Source: a virus
DNA length: 64,000 nucleotides
Virus record (IMG/VR): IMGVR_UViG_3300002143_000079
Location: 1-64,000 of that record
Strand: one strand, 5' to 3'
Below, piece after piece: positions 9,957 through 20,800 of this stretch; the first letter of the stretch is position 1; every line of letters begins with the position of its first letter. The notes under the pieces are model-generated. The model did no database searches. It was not told where the DNA came from and saw only the letters and a list, made by a program, of their open reading frames with translations. A program made the translations under genes and the position numbers.

Positions 9957-11951
9957 TTAATTCTTATCGTCGGAAATGATGTTAGTTTCATCTAACATTG
10001 ACTTGGTGTTTCCACTTTCCGTTATCAATTCCGTCTTAACGTTCCGGTTTAAATGAGATGATAAACTACTCAAATTAATCGACTCAAATCCCAATGGTGA
10101 GTTATTTTTGAATTTATGACGAATTGGATTTTTTCGATAATCGGCTCTATTTTCCAACCGACCAAGTGGATCTTCTCCGAAAGGATAATCACGAGCATTT
10201 TTCTTACCCTTTTGCGACGGTCTAACATAAGTTTTTTCAGCCAACGGCGTTCCCCCTAAATCCTTAGCGCCTGGTTCTGGTTTGACTTTACCGGTATTAG
10301 CTCCTGCCTCATCGCCAGGTTCCCCCCCCGGTTCACCTTCACCCTCTGGTCCCGGTTCACCAGTGTCTTCCTCCCCATCTTTATCGGTAGGAGTGTATCC
10401 AGCCCCACCACCGCCGCCTCCAAGAGGTTCCAAGTTACCACCTCCATCAACTTTTTGCATCGAAACTGCTGGATCATTACCTTCCTCTTCAATTTGTGCA
10501 AATCTCCAATTTTGTTTAGCATCTTCAACCACTTCACTCTTGGTATCCAATACATCTTCATCGGACATATTAAATACATGTGCATATATCCACTTCTTAG
10601 AGAAGAGTTTATTTTCCATCATATCCTTAGCAACACCAACTTTAGCACCCCAAATATCCACTTTTTCTTTCTCGAAGATAGTTGATGGATTGGTCAATTC
10701 TAGTCTAAAATCTACCAAATTCTCATCGGTATATCCCTGTGAATATAAATGAACGATACCAATTTTTGTTAATTCACTGACAAGAATTTTTTGAATACGT
10801 GCGATAGTTCTTGCAAAACGAATGTCTTCCGCAGCCAATGTTGCTTTACCACTCAAATCTTCTTCATATCCCAAGAAGGCTTTCGGAATTTTCAACGCAG
10901 CCATCATTTTGTTTCTCAAATATTCGATGTCATCAATACCCGTAAATTCCATACCGGATAACGGTTGAATATCTGTTCCACTATCACTACCACGAACCGG
11001 TAGATAGAAATCCTCCACCATGTTCTGCATATTAAATCGAAGGTTATAATCACCCGTCTGTTCATCAATATATGGAACTTTCTTCAACTTACTAATGGTT
11101 CGTTCCATAAAATTATCAATTTCGGATGGAGGTATATTTCCGATATCAATTTTAAATACCCGTTTATCCGGTGCACGCATGATACGATGAATTAACATAG
11201 CATCTTCCATCAGACTCAACTGTTTCCAAACACGACGGCCACCTTCAATCATTGATTTACCATAAGGAAGGAAATTACTATCACTTATCAATCTAAAATG
11301 TGCAACTTGATAATTTTCCAATTCTTCCATGACACCCGATTCAAAACTAACTTGATACTTCACGTAGTTTTTATTCATTGGATCACTATTTTCAACTCGA
11401 CTAACATTATAAGCCGATAGTGGTTCGACCAAATAAACACCATATTCCGGGGAGATATACATTTTCAAGTAGAAGTCGCCGTATTTACACATATTACGTG
11501 TCCAACTCCATAGATTGAATTCGATATTCAAAATGTCATAGTAAAGATTTTCGAGAATCTTCTTAATATTATTATCGTCGGCCTTTATATTCAGAATAAA
11601 TCCCATTTCATTTTGTGTGAGACATTCATCCGCGTAAATATCCAACGCAGATGCAATGATTGGATCCATATCCATTGTATCATAATCTCGGAATAATTCG
11701 ATTCGAGAAGCTTGATATGCAAGAGTGAAATCTCTACTATACTGACCGTAACCAGATGTTCTTACTCGATTAAATCTATCACGCAATGTATTTCTATCCG
11801 TCGCATACTGAACGTGGTCGGTATCTTTTATCTTCAACATTTTACCACCGACATTACGGACTATGACATCTGTGGAAAAAAGTCTTTTCAATCTCGCATA
11901 AAGACTTTTTGATTTTAAATCTATTGGTTTATCGTTGTTGTTATTCTCCAT
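9957..11951 (-). CDS. gp20: Portal vertex protein (T4 gp20-like)
   Basis: QLSLMEDAMLIHRIMRAP.KRVFKIDIGN, EDFYLP.RG, LKIPKAFL, EDIRFAR. Confidence 0.96.
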   Translation of the reverse strand: MENNNNDKPIDLKSKSLYARLKRLFSTDVIVRNVGGKMLKIKDTDHVQYATDRNTLRDRFNRVRTSGYGQYSRDFTLAYQASRIELFRDYDTMDMDPIIASALDIYADECLTQNEMGFILNIKADDNNIKKILENLYYDILNIEFNLWSWTRNMCKYGDFYLKMYISPEYGVYLVEPLSAYNVSRVENSDPMNKNYVKYQVSFESGVMEELENYQVAHFRLISDSNFLPYGKSMIEGGRRVWKQLSLMEDAMLIHRIMRAPDKRVFKIDIGNIPPSEIDNFMERTISKLKKVPYIDEQTGDYNLRFNMQNMVEDFYLPVRGSDSGTDIQPLSGMEFTGIDDIEYLRNKMMAALKIPKAFLGYEEDLSGKATLAAEDIRFARTIARIQKILVSELTKIGIVHLYSQGYTDENLVDFRLELTNPSTIFEKEKVDIWGAKVGVAKDMMENKLFSKKWIYAHVFNMSDEDVLDTKSEVVEDAKQNWRFAQIEEEGNDPAVSMQKVDGGGNLEPLGGGGGGAGYTPTDKDGEEDTGEPGPEGEGEPGGEPGDEAGANTGKVKPEPGAKDLGGTPLAEKTYVRPSQKGKKNARDYPFGEDPLGRLENRADYRKNPIRHKFKNNSPLGFESINLSSLSSHLNRNVKTELITESGNTKSMLDETNIISDDKN

Positions 11952-11981
11952 AAAATATATGATATATATAGTGATTGTGTA

Positions 11982-13199
11982 TTATAACAACCACTTTAGA
12001 TCTTCTCTTTCTCTATTTGGATTTGTTAATGAACTACCGGCTGATGAAGGCATGCTCCAATAATCATGAGATTTCTTTGTTTGGGATGTATAAATAACCT
12101 CGGTATCACCTGTTTTACTAATACCTCCGATTAATGATTTAACATACTCCCCGGATTCAGATTTGAGTCTAAGTGCTGTATCTCTTACCCATAATCCCAT
12201 ACCCAATGAAGTAACTAAATCGTCATTATATCCAGTCATTGCTTGTGCTTTTCCATTATTCCAGATGAAGACGGATAATTCTTCATATAATCGAATCGAG
12301 TTTGTAATAACACTACGTTCTCTGAAATAATCTTCCAATTTCGAAATTATAAGTGGTCTGGTTTTGGTGGTTGTGGTGAAACCCGGAACCATGTTTCTCT
12401 CAATTCGATGATGTTTGTTAGTTAATTGTTTTTCCAAATCGACGTAGTGTAAATCGGCACTACTATAAAATGTATTTGGATACTGTGAATCAATAACCTG
12501 TTGTAGAGTTGCCCATCCGATGTTGTTATTTTCCACGACCAATATTGCTTTATTATACTCGACTGCCATACTGACGAGTAGATTTCCATAAGTCTTGGTA
12601 TCTACCGCACCTTTAAATTCCGCAACCTGTGTCAATGATTCCATTTCAAGAACGTGAAATGCGGAATAATCATCACCATCACCACGAGCAACGTCGGCGC
12701 AAATCAAATAATTCTTCGTATAATCTGGATATTCCCAAATCCATAGACTTTGGTTTGCAAATCGTTTTTCTATTGGGTCTTTAATTCTATTTTCTTTAAT
12801 CCATTTCAACGTATCGGTTTCCAATACGGTATGGCCAGTTGTTGTAAAATCACAATTATGTGAGACAATCCCATCGACGTAAAAAATATTCCCACCAGTA
12901 ACTTCTACTATATCATATAATAGTATTGAATCATTAATTTTTTCAATACATTTAACTGTAGTATATTTATTAAGTTGACGTGAATCTAAAATAGTGCCAA
13001 TTGATAATTCCGAACATTTTATTTCTTTTCCATTAGATATAAATGGGTGTGTGAGTGAACATTTGAGAACTGTTCCATCCGATAATGTCAATTTTACATG
13101 TTCGGATTTCTCCAACTTTCTAATTCCTTCAAAATGTTGAAATCCAGACGGCGTTTGTATTTCATATTTATTATTTTTAATCATATTTAATCCGTACAA
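11982..13199 (-). CDS. gp17: Terminase large subunit C-terminal (nuclease) half with N-terminal split-intein IntC (about 110 aa, 13184-12855)
   Basis: IntC with CSLTHPF (block B), LYDIVEV and GIVSHN/C; extein has ADVARG.G.DYS, VENNNIG, DDLV. Confidence 0.93.
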   Translation of the reverse strand: MYGLNMIKNNKYEIQTPSGFQHFEGIRKLEKSEHVKLTLSDGTVLKCSLTHPFISNGKEIKCSELSIGTILDSRQLNKYTTVKCIEKINDSILLYDIVEVTGGNIFYVDGIVSHNCDFTTTGHTVLETDTLKWIKENRIKDPIEKRFANQSLWIWEYPDYTKNYLICADVARGDGDDYSAFHVLEMESLTQVAEFKGAVDTKTYGNLLVSMAVEYNKAILVVENNNIGWATLQQVIDSQYPNTFYSSADLHYVDLEKQLTNKHHRIERNMVPGFTTTTKTRPLIISKLEDYFRERSVITNSIRLYEELSVFIWNNGKAQAMTGYNDDLVTSLGMGLWVRDTALRLKSESGEYVKSLIGGISKTGDTEVIYTSQTKKSHDYWSMPSSAGSSLTNPNREREDLKWLL

Positions 13200-13899
13200 A
13201 TTTACATCCTAGAAAATTTTCTATCTCAACTTGTCTCTGTAAATCTTTGTTTTTTAGTTTTCCATTTTTAAAATGTCTCGGTTCATCAATCTCCAAAACA
13301 ACATTTTTTTCCTCATCATAAGCATCTAACCAATATCCTAAACTTGATAGAAACACTTCACCACCGTTTTCTGCGTGCCGAAAATTATATCCATTATCAC
13401 GTCCATATGATTCAATCAATTTAATTGCACTGCGATTATATCTAGGAACACATTTACCGGAACAATTTGATATATAATTTATGGCTGCAATTCTTTGTTT
13501 TTTCTTCGTTTCCGTAGAATGTGATTTACAAGTAACATGATATTCTGGACAATATCTACAATATGTGTTCCATGTATATCGTTTACCACATTTACATAGT
13601 AATTTCTGGACATCTGCATTTTTTTCTACTAAAAACAAAATACGATATTTGAAATTAAAATTTCCTTTGTATGATTTTTGACTTTTAAACGTTAATTCTA
13701 AAATAGAAGTCCATGTATATATTGATTTATACAAAATTGGATCAGATTTTATTAGAGTTCTGTTTTTTGCTTTACCAAACAAAGATTTATAAAAATTTTC
13801 ATGCTTTAATCTACTAACTGTCTCGGATAAAGAATAAAATTCATTAATAGAGTTCAATTCTAATTTTATATTATCCCAACCTAATTTAACATAATTCAT
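13177..13899 (-). CDS. Free-standing Vsr-like/PD-(D/E)xK homing endonuclease between the terminase halves
   Basis: GYWLDAYD..KNVVLEIDEPRHF...D..RQ..IE..LGC.F.RI; CKC/CRYC Zn motifs. Confidence 0.8.
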   Translation of the reverse strand: MNYVKLGWDNIKLELNSINEFYSLSETVSRLKHENFYKSLFGKAKNRTLIKSDPILYKSIYTWTSILELTFKSQKSYKGNFNFKYRILFLVEKNADVQKLLCKCGKRYTWNTYCRYCPEYHVTCKSHSTETKKKQRIAAINYISNCSGKCVPRYNRSAIKLIESYGRDNGYNFRHAENGGEVFLSSLGYWLDAYDEEKNVVLEIDEPRHFKNGKLKNKDLQRQVEIENFLGCKFVRIKYD

Positions 13900-13927
13900 A
13901 CAGTCACATTCTTGCGTATAAATAGTG

Positions 13928-14770
13928 TTAATTTGATAAAGAGATGAATAATTCTTCCAATGTCATATAACTTACGACTTTGGTGTTTATATCTCGAACA
14001 CAAACTTTGGATTCTCCCCACAGACAATCACATTCTTGAGCCGAACCTTTTACACCGGACAATTCCGTTTGTTTATCTCGCCAGTGTTGATCTCTTTCTG
14101 GATGTAAATACCAAGGGAGGTTAATGGTATTGAATTCATTTTCATCTGCCGCTGCTTTCATCCACGTCTTATGAAAGAAATTACCAACACCGTTTGGAGT
14201 ACTGAGAATAATTGCTTTACCACCAGTAGATAGAGTGTATTGTGCGGACAACCAAATTTCTTCGATATTGTCAATGAAGGCTGCTTCGTCAATAATCAAC
14301 AATGAAAGTGCGGAAGAACGACCTGCATCACCGGATGATGAAACTGCTTTGATTTGAGAACCATTTTTTAATCGGAGGGAAAGCCGATTATCTTCAACAC
14401 ATTGTAATTTCAACCAAGAAGGTAGATTATTGTTTGCAAATCTTACCCGTGTAACAATTTCTTTCGACGTTTCTTGTTTGATACTGATACAGAGAATGTT
14501 TTTATCAGGATGGAAAATCATCATCCATAATGAGTATGCGGACGTCAGAGTGGTAATACCCATCTGACGTGATTTGAGAATAATGTTGTAATTATTATCG
14601 CATAATTCTCTCAACGCTTTTTCCTGAAATGGATAAAGTTCAAATGGAATTGTCCCCCGAAGCGGATGTTGAATTTTAACATACTTCTTCATGAAGTATA
14701 TTGGATCCACCAAACACCTAGAATACTCACTCTTAATTACATCTCGTAAATTAACTTTTGGGTCACTCAT
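13928..14770 (-). CDS. gp17: Terminase large subunit N-terminal (ATPase) half ending in a 32-aa split-intein IntN (14026-13931)
   Basis: LYPFQ, KSRQMGIT, LIIDEAAF, STPNG; ends AQECD|CLWGESKV...TLEELF. Confidence 0.93.
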   Translation of the reverse strand: MSDPKVNLRDVIKSEYSRCLVDPIYFMKKYVKIQHPLRGTIPFELYPFQEKALRELCDNNYNIILKSRQMGITTLTSAYSLWMMIFHPDKNILCISIKQETSKEIVTRVRFANNNLPSWLKLQCVEDNRLSLRLKNGSQIKAVSSSGDAGRSSALSLLIIDEAAFIDNIEEIWLSAQYTLSTGGKAIILSTPNGVGNFFHKTWMKAAADENEFNTINLPWYLHPERDQHWRDKQTELSGVKGSAQECDCLWGESKVCVRDINTKVVSYMTLEELFISLSN

Positions 14771-15368
14771 ATTTCTTTAACTTTTCCAACTGTTCATCAA
14801 TCCGAACCAATGCATCCAAACATTCCTGATAATCACGTTTTGCATCTTCCAACACTTGACCTTTAGTTGTATCTTTCCAAACATCTTTACTACCATCTTC
14901 GTTTATATAAACGATGTCCTCGTTGGAGTTTTCGAGATATTTTATGGTATCTTCGAGTTTACCCTTCAAATCCAAACAAAATCCTTTTTGATTTTTGAAA
15001 ATTTTGACTTGTTCGTAGTGACGAAATTCACCATCACGTTTCAATTTGGTTTCAAATTTGATTAAACAATCGTAACATCTACCGCTTTTGTAAAAAACTC
15101 GATCATCGAGATAATTACCCCATTTAACATCCATTTGACAATCTTTACATCTCAATCTAACGTCATCTGGATTTATTTTTACACTCTTATTGACACGTTT
15201 TTTACGACCACCTTTGAAAATCCAAGACTTATTTTGTGCATCGGTCCAAGTTTCACCTTCTTTTCGTTTTTTAAAATCCGGCACCCAACCAACTTGTGTG
15301 AATGGTCGTTCGCCTGCCAAATATCCTTTTACGATTTCGATGTTGCTTTTGTTTTTTGCTCTTTTCAT
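14763..15368 (-). CDS. Hypothetical Zn-finger protein
   Basis: CKDC...CYDC; coupled to terminase. Confidence 0.6.
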   Translation of the reverse strand: MKRAKNKSNIEIVKGYLAGERPFTQVGWVPDFKKRKEGETWTDAQNKSWIFKGGRKKRVNKSVKINPDDVRLRCKDCQMDVKWGNYLDDRVFYKSGRCYDCLIKFETKLKRDGEFRHYEQVKIFKNQKGFCLDLKGKLEDTIKYLENSNEDIVYINEDGSKDVWKDTTKGQVLEDAKRDYQECLDALVRIDEQLEKLKKYE

Positions 15369-15476
15369 ATTATATAACCATTTAACAAAGATATATACAT
15401 TTCGGTTTATTTGAAGTTTAATTTTAATTCGTAAATTTATCGAAAGTCTCTATTTTATACATAAATAGTCTCAAAA

Positions 15477-17873
15477 TTAAGAAATAGCAGTAAAGTAAGG
15501 AATATAAACGGTTGATCCATTGAGGTTTATGGGAATATAACCCGATGCAGTTCTCGCTGCACCATCAAACGATGACGCGGTGAATTGGGTCACGTGGTTA
15601 TTGGATACACCATAATTCAAATAACTACTACTATTTGATTGACTCGCGGAAATTGAATAACTACTAGTTCCATATAGCCGTTCGGATGGAGACATGTATA
15701 TCGAACCAGTCATGTATAATTTACCATCAACTCGACAGTAATCCTCGGTATCCGTGCTCTCCACCACGAAAAATGCATTACCACTGGAATTATCCTTTTG
15801 TACGACGAAACTTTCAATGACGGATAGAGTAGCTCTATCAACTGTAAAAGATTGTGATGAATCACGGGATGATGATAATGTCAATTTACCACTACCAGAT
15901 GCCAATGCATTTATGATAGTGCCGGTGTCCGCAGTAACAAAATTGGGAATATTCTTCGCCAACGTTTCGCCATTCCTATCCATATTAACAATTTTACGAA
16001 TACCTGAGTAAATTGAATTGTTATTAATATCTAAAAATTCCACCTTTATTTCAAACTGTTCGTTTTTAATACTGACCGGGAAGGATATTCGGGTGAAGAA
16101 GGTATCTGGTGAAAAACCAAATTCCGCATGGGATGTCAAAGATAGATTATCAATTCTAAATTGACTGATATTGACTGGTATGATAACAATTGTTCCGATA
16201 TAGTCGTTGATAAAATTCAATAAATTGAAATCATCTTTCGTGAACGATTTTAAATTTGTCCCAATCGGAAGGTTATACTCTTTTAATAACAATCCTTTAC
16301 CATTGATATAGTTTTGTTCTACGGTTGCGGTTGATGTATTGTAGGAACCAGTCAAATAGAATAATAATCTACTCTCACTTACCGGATTGTTTTTTACAAT
16401 GTCAACGTTCGATGAAAATAGATAGTCTGTATTTTTATACAATTTAATAAAATTGGAATCATATGAAGAACCTGTTTTATTCGCAAACGAATTTGCATTA
16501 AAATCGACATATGAAGCTGAAGAAGTCAGACTTGTGACCAATGAAGTATCATTCTTTATTATGATATATCGACTTTGATTCAAATTAACATCTGTCGAAT
16601 TACAAATCATCGAATTCAAATGAGTAATCGAACTCTGAGTCAACGTTAAATCCGTCGAACTGGTGTAGTAATATTTGGCTATGTGATTCTGTTCGTAAAA
16701 CTCACCAATATTCGCATAAAACCTGTTAATTGTCGAAGAATCAAATATGAATTCTTTTTCGATAAGTGGTTCATCGGCGATACATTCAAATTCCGATGCC
16801 TTATTTAAACTACGTCTGTAAACTTTATGTCTATGAACTTTTCCCGTCAACGTTTTTAGATTTTTATAGGTTATATCAAGAAATGCCTCTTTCAAAAATA
16901 AATCTTCCCCATCAACTCTCTGTGAAAGATATATTGTAGGATCAGGAACACCATCGGGGTTAAGGGATGATGTAATCAATCCCGAAGATGTTAAGTATGT
17001 GCTCGAATTTAATGTTTGTGTGAATGATGCTGATACAATAGGCACTATTTGAGTCGTATTATTAATGTAATATGTGAATGGTCTATCCAATTGAAGTTCG
17101 GTCGTATTTGTTACTCCATCAACAAAGAAAGATTCCGTGATATTAACAACTTTGTTTTTCAATACGTTATTATCTAGGTATGATATTTCACTTATGTAAA
17201 GTTCGATTTCTCTATCTTTATTTTGTAAATTGAATGAATTTAAATCAATTGCAGATGAGGTGTCGGTGTATGAGAGTCGATAATCTAAATCAGTTTTCCG
17301 AATATCTATGGAATGTATATCAGTGTATATTTTTGGAAATAGTGAATATCCCTTAACGCTGCCGTTAATAGTTTCAATGGTTTGTGAACCACTGGATATT
17401 GACTCATTTAATATAAGAGATAAAAATTCCTCAGTTTCAACCGAGGGTGTATTGAAAAATGTAACTTTAGATGAGTTATCCAAAGTTGGGTTAATCTTTA
17501 TATTTGTGTTCCAACGAACAACTTTACCATCAACCGTCGTTCCCATCAATACAACTTTACCAAAGCCGGACGGTGTGGATTCATAAATATGGATAGAAAC
17601 TACCAAATCGGTTGTATCGGCATAAGAAAAATAACCCGATTTAGCGGTTTCGTAATACAATACTCCACCTTTAGAATCCAATATTTCCAACAAAATGCCG
17701 GATCGAGGCTTTAACTTATTCGACCCGTTTATGGTGAACATATTTTTACCAGCCGTCAACGTGGGATTTAAATCCGATATGACGAAATATTCTGAACGAT
17801 ATGACGTATCTTCAATATCGACTGGTCGATTTAATAGACTGTATTTTGTTCCCTTTTTGGTGCTACCATGCAT
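15477..17873 (-). CDS. Structural tail/baseplate protein
   Basis: Ser/Thr-rich beta-type sequence; fibre-like C-terminus (GYIPINLNG...YIPYF); late motif upstream. Confidence 0.6.
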   Translation of the reverse strand: MHGSTKKGTKYSLLNRPVDIEDTSYRSEYFVISDLNPTLTAGKNMFTINGSNKLKPRSGILLEILDSKGGVLYYETAKSGYFSYADTTDLVVSIHIYESTPSGFGKVVLMGTTVDGKVVRWNTNIKINPTLDNSSKVTFFNTPSVETEEFLSLILNESISSGSQTIETINGSVKGYSLFPKIYTDIHSIDIRKTDLDYRLSYTDTSSAIDLNSFNLQNKDREIELYISEISYLDNNVLKNKVVNITESFFVDGVTNTTELQLDRPFTYYINNTTQIVPIVSASFTQTLNSSTYLTSSGLITSSLNPDGVPDPTIYLSQRVDGEDLFLKEAFLDITYKNLKTLTGKVHRHKVYRRSLNKASEFECIADEPLIEKEFIFDSSTINRFYANIGEFYEQNHIAKYYYTSSTDLTLTQSSITHLNSMICNSTDVNLNQSRYIIIKNDTSLVTSLTSSASYVDFNANSFANKTGSSYDSNFIKLYKNTDYLFSSNVDIVKNNPVSESRLLFYLTGSYNTSTATVEQNYINGKGLLLKEYNLPIGTNLKSFTKDDFNLLNFINDYIGTIVIIPVNISQFRIDNLSLTSHAEFGFSPDTFFTRISFPVSIKNEQFEIKVEFLDINNNSIYSGIRKIVNMDRNGETLAKNIPNFVTADTGTIINALASGSGKLTLSSSRDSSQSFTVDRATLSVIESFVVQKDNSSGNAFFVVESTDTEDYCRVDGKLYMTGSIYMSPSERLYGTSSYSISASQSNSSSYLNYGVSNNHVTQFTASSFDGAARTASGYIPINLNGSTVYIPYFTAIS

Positions 17874-17894
17874 AATGATGCCTATAAATAGGTA

Positions 17895-20800
17895 TCAATA
17901 TACTATTTTCGAGTGTCCATCTTCTTTCTTTATCTCAATTTGACCATCCACCATATCTTTCATCATATCCAAATGACTTATTATCAACATAAAATCGAAA
18001 TTCGACTTCAATATTGCAAATAGGGATTGCATAGATGACAAATTATCCGAATCCGCACACCCAAATCCCTCGTCAATAGCGATGAAATTGGGTCTAGGTA
18101 GGTTTGAGAGATTGATTAATGCAACTCGGATGACCAAAGAGGTTAAGAACTTCTCCAACCCACTCGCCATTTCTAACGGCCACTTCTTATCACTATACAC
18201 CAGATTGGTGACGACATTTTTTCCATCGGTTTCTATATTTACCGAGAAATCCACAATCTGAGATAAAATTTCATTGACGTCACTTTCAATAACCGGGACA
18301 GCCTTGGATATTAAATCAAATGGAATACCGTCACGGGAAACCGATTTGACGTATAAATCGTATAACTTCAAATCAGATTCGGTTTTTTTCATCTTATCTC
18401 GGTTGACAATTTTCTCCTGCATGTTCTTTTCATATCCACTCAAATTTGCAGACAAGTTGATTATCTTGGTATTATTCTGTTTGATTAATATATCGGTGTT
18501 TCTAATCTCCTGTTGTATTTTACCTACTTTCAACTCCACTTCGAGGTTATATTTGATATTCGATTCATTGTCGTAATAGAGTTTGATGTCGTTATCCAAC
18601 TTAGTTAGGTGAACACTGTTCGACTGGACGGTTGACTCCAAAGATGTAATTTCTCGGTTTATAGAGATGATACGTCTGTCGCAGTTATTCAACTTGACTT
18701 TTAATAAATCACACTTTCGTTGCAATTCTTCGACATACACCAATGACTCAATGTGTTTTTTCTTATCCTCATAATTGATGACTAAATCATTAGCCTCTAC
18801 CTTATCATTGTCGAGGGAGCTTTCCGCATCCAACGCATCTTTAACAAATGAATTGTTGACACAATATTTGCAGTTTGGATCATATTGGTGGTTATGTAAT
18901 CTATTGATTTTATCTAATTTAGCAGTGATGAAAATCTTCTTCGTCTCAATGATGTGTTTAATAGATTGTAATTGTTCTCGCAACGTTTTTAGTTGATTGA
19001 ATTTTTGTGAAACGTCGTCGGTGTCAATAGATTTCAATTCTTCTTTGGTATTTTCCAACTCAATTGATTCCAACTTCAAAGATTCCTGCAATGTTACAAT
19101 CTGACTCTCCGATTTTGCAATGGTTGTAGATACTGAAATACGTGTCGATTCGAGGGATGTAATATTCTTCGGAATATTGTTCTCAATTTTAATCAACTTG
19201 GTGGTTTCTTCAAATAACGAAGAATTCAATTTTTCCTTTTCACCAACCAGTCTATCCGACTCTTCATTTAAAGTCACCAAATCTAATTTGAATCCATCAA
19301 TGGATTCACTCAAATCGTCAATCGACACACCGTTATCATAACGGTGGTATAACTTGACATCATTATTCAATTCTTTAAGTGTCTCCGACGCACTACTGTG
19401 TAGTATATCGAAGATATTCAATCCCATAAATTGTGATAACAAATCTTTACGTTCGGACTGTCCCATATCAACAAAATTACCCGATTTGTTATTTTGGATG
19501 GATAACACCGTTAAGATGAAATCCTCATAACTACCCACAAAATCACGGATTAAATCATTGGTGCTACGACGAGCCTCTCCGTTTAATTCGATTATGGAAC
19601 CATTTTCCTCTTTCCAGAATTTGACATCCACTTTTACATTTCCCTTTTTATCCGACTTACCATTTCGTTCAATGAAGTAATCGGTGTTATCTATTTCAAA
19701 GTTGAATTTACAGTGGAATGTAGCCTTTTGTGAATTTAAAATGTGCGTTGCTTTAAATGCTCTATCACATTTATCAAATATACAAAAACTCAATGCAGAC
19801 ATTAACGAGGATTTTCCCGAAGCATTGGATGCAAACAATCCAATTACATCTTTCATCTTTGTAAAATCAATGACGTTATCCTCACCGTAACTAAACATGT
19901 TACTAAACTCGAATTTTTTAGGTTTCCATCGAATGTTTCGGACCAATTTATCTTTGTCAATCAACTGATTCTGTTGTGTATTGATTTGAAAAATCGTCTC
20001 ATACATATCATCGGTAACCTCTTTATCCGATGTATGAGCCATAAGATATTCTTTAATTAACTTGTTCTGATGTTCCACAGAATTCAAATCAGCCAATGAA
20101 AGTTCTTCCACACTGACCGCAGCTGAGTTTGGTGTGGTTCCACTAGCGGATTTTAAATACACCAAATGTTCTACCTCACAACGTTTACGAATTTCATCAA
20201 TGACAGCTTTGATTTCTAAATAATCTGAGTCATTACATCTCACTCGTAATTTGACTTTCTTAGGAAGATTTGATAAATCCGTTTTAAGGTGTCCCTTATC
20301 AATGTCGATAGTATAGAAACCCCTTTCATTACCAATATCAAATTGTTTGTGTATTCGTTGTTTTAAATTCCACAATACATACCCATGGCTGTCAAGAGAT
20401 TCTCCGTGATTTTGTTGGATTAAACTACCAACATATACAATTTTCGTATCGGAATCTGGAATTTCAAGTGTCTGATATTTGTGAATATCCCCCAATAAGA
20501 CAATATCATGTCCATCAAATAGATTTGCGGTCACCGATTGATTGTTAATTCGATACCCGACGTCGGAGACTGCATCATGAACAGCTCCATGATACAACGC
20601 AATGACGTGTCTTGCTTGATTGGTGTATATTTTAGGAATGTCGGTGGCTCTGATATAACTCTCTACGGGATCGAACACGGACATGTGGTTGAATACAATG
20701 TCTCCTAAGATATAAATACCAGTATCCTTCAAGTAGAATAGATTTTTGTGATTGATAGCATTGACAATCGGACTCAAACTATCCATTCGACTCTTGTTGG

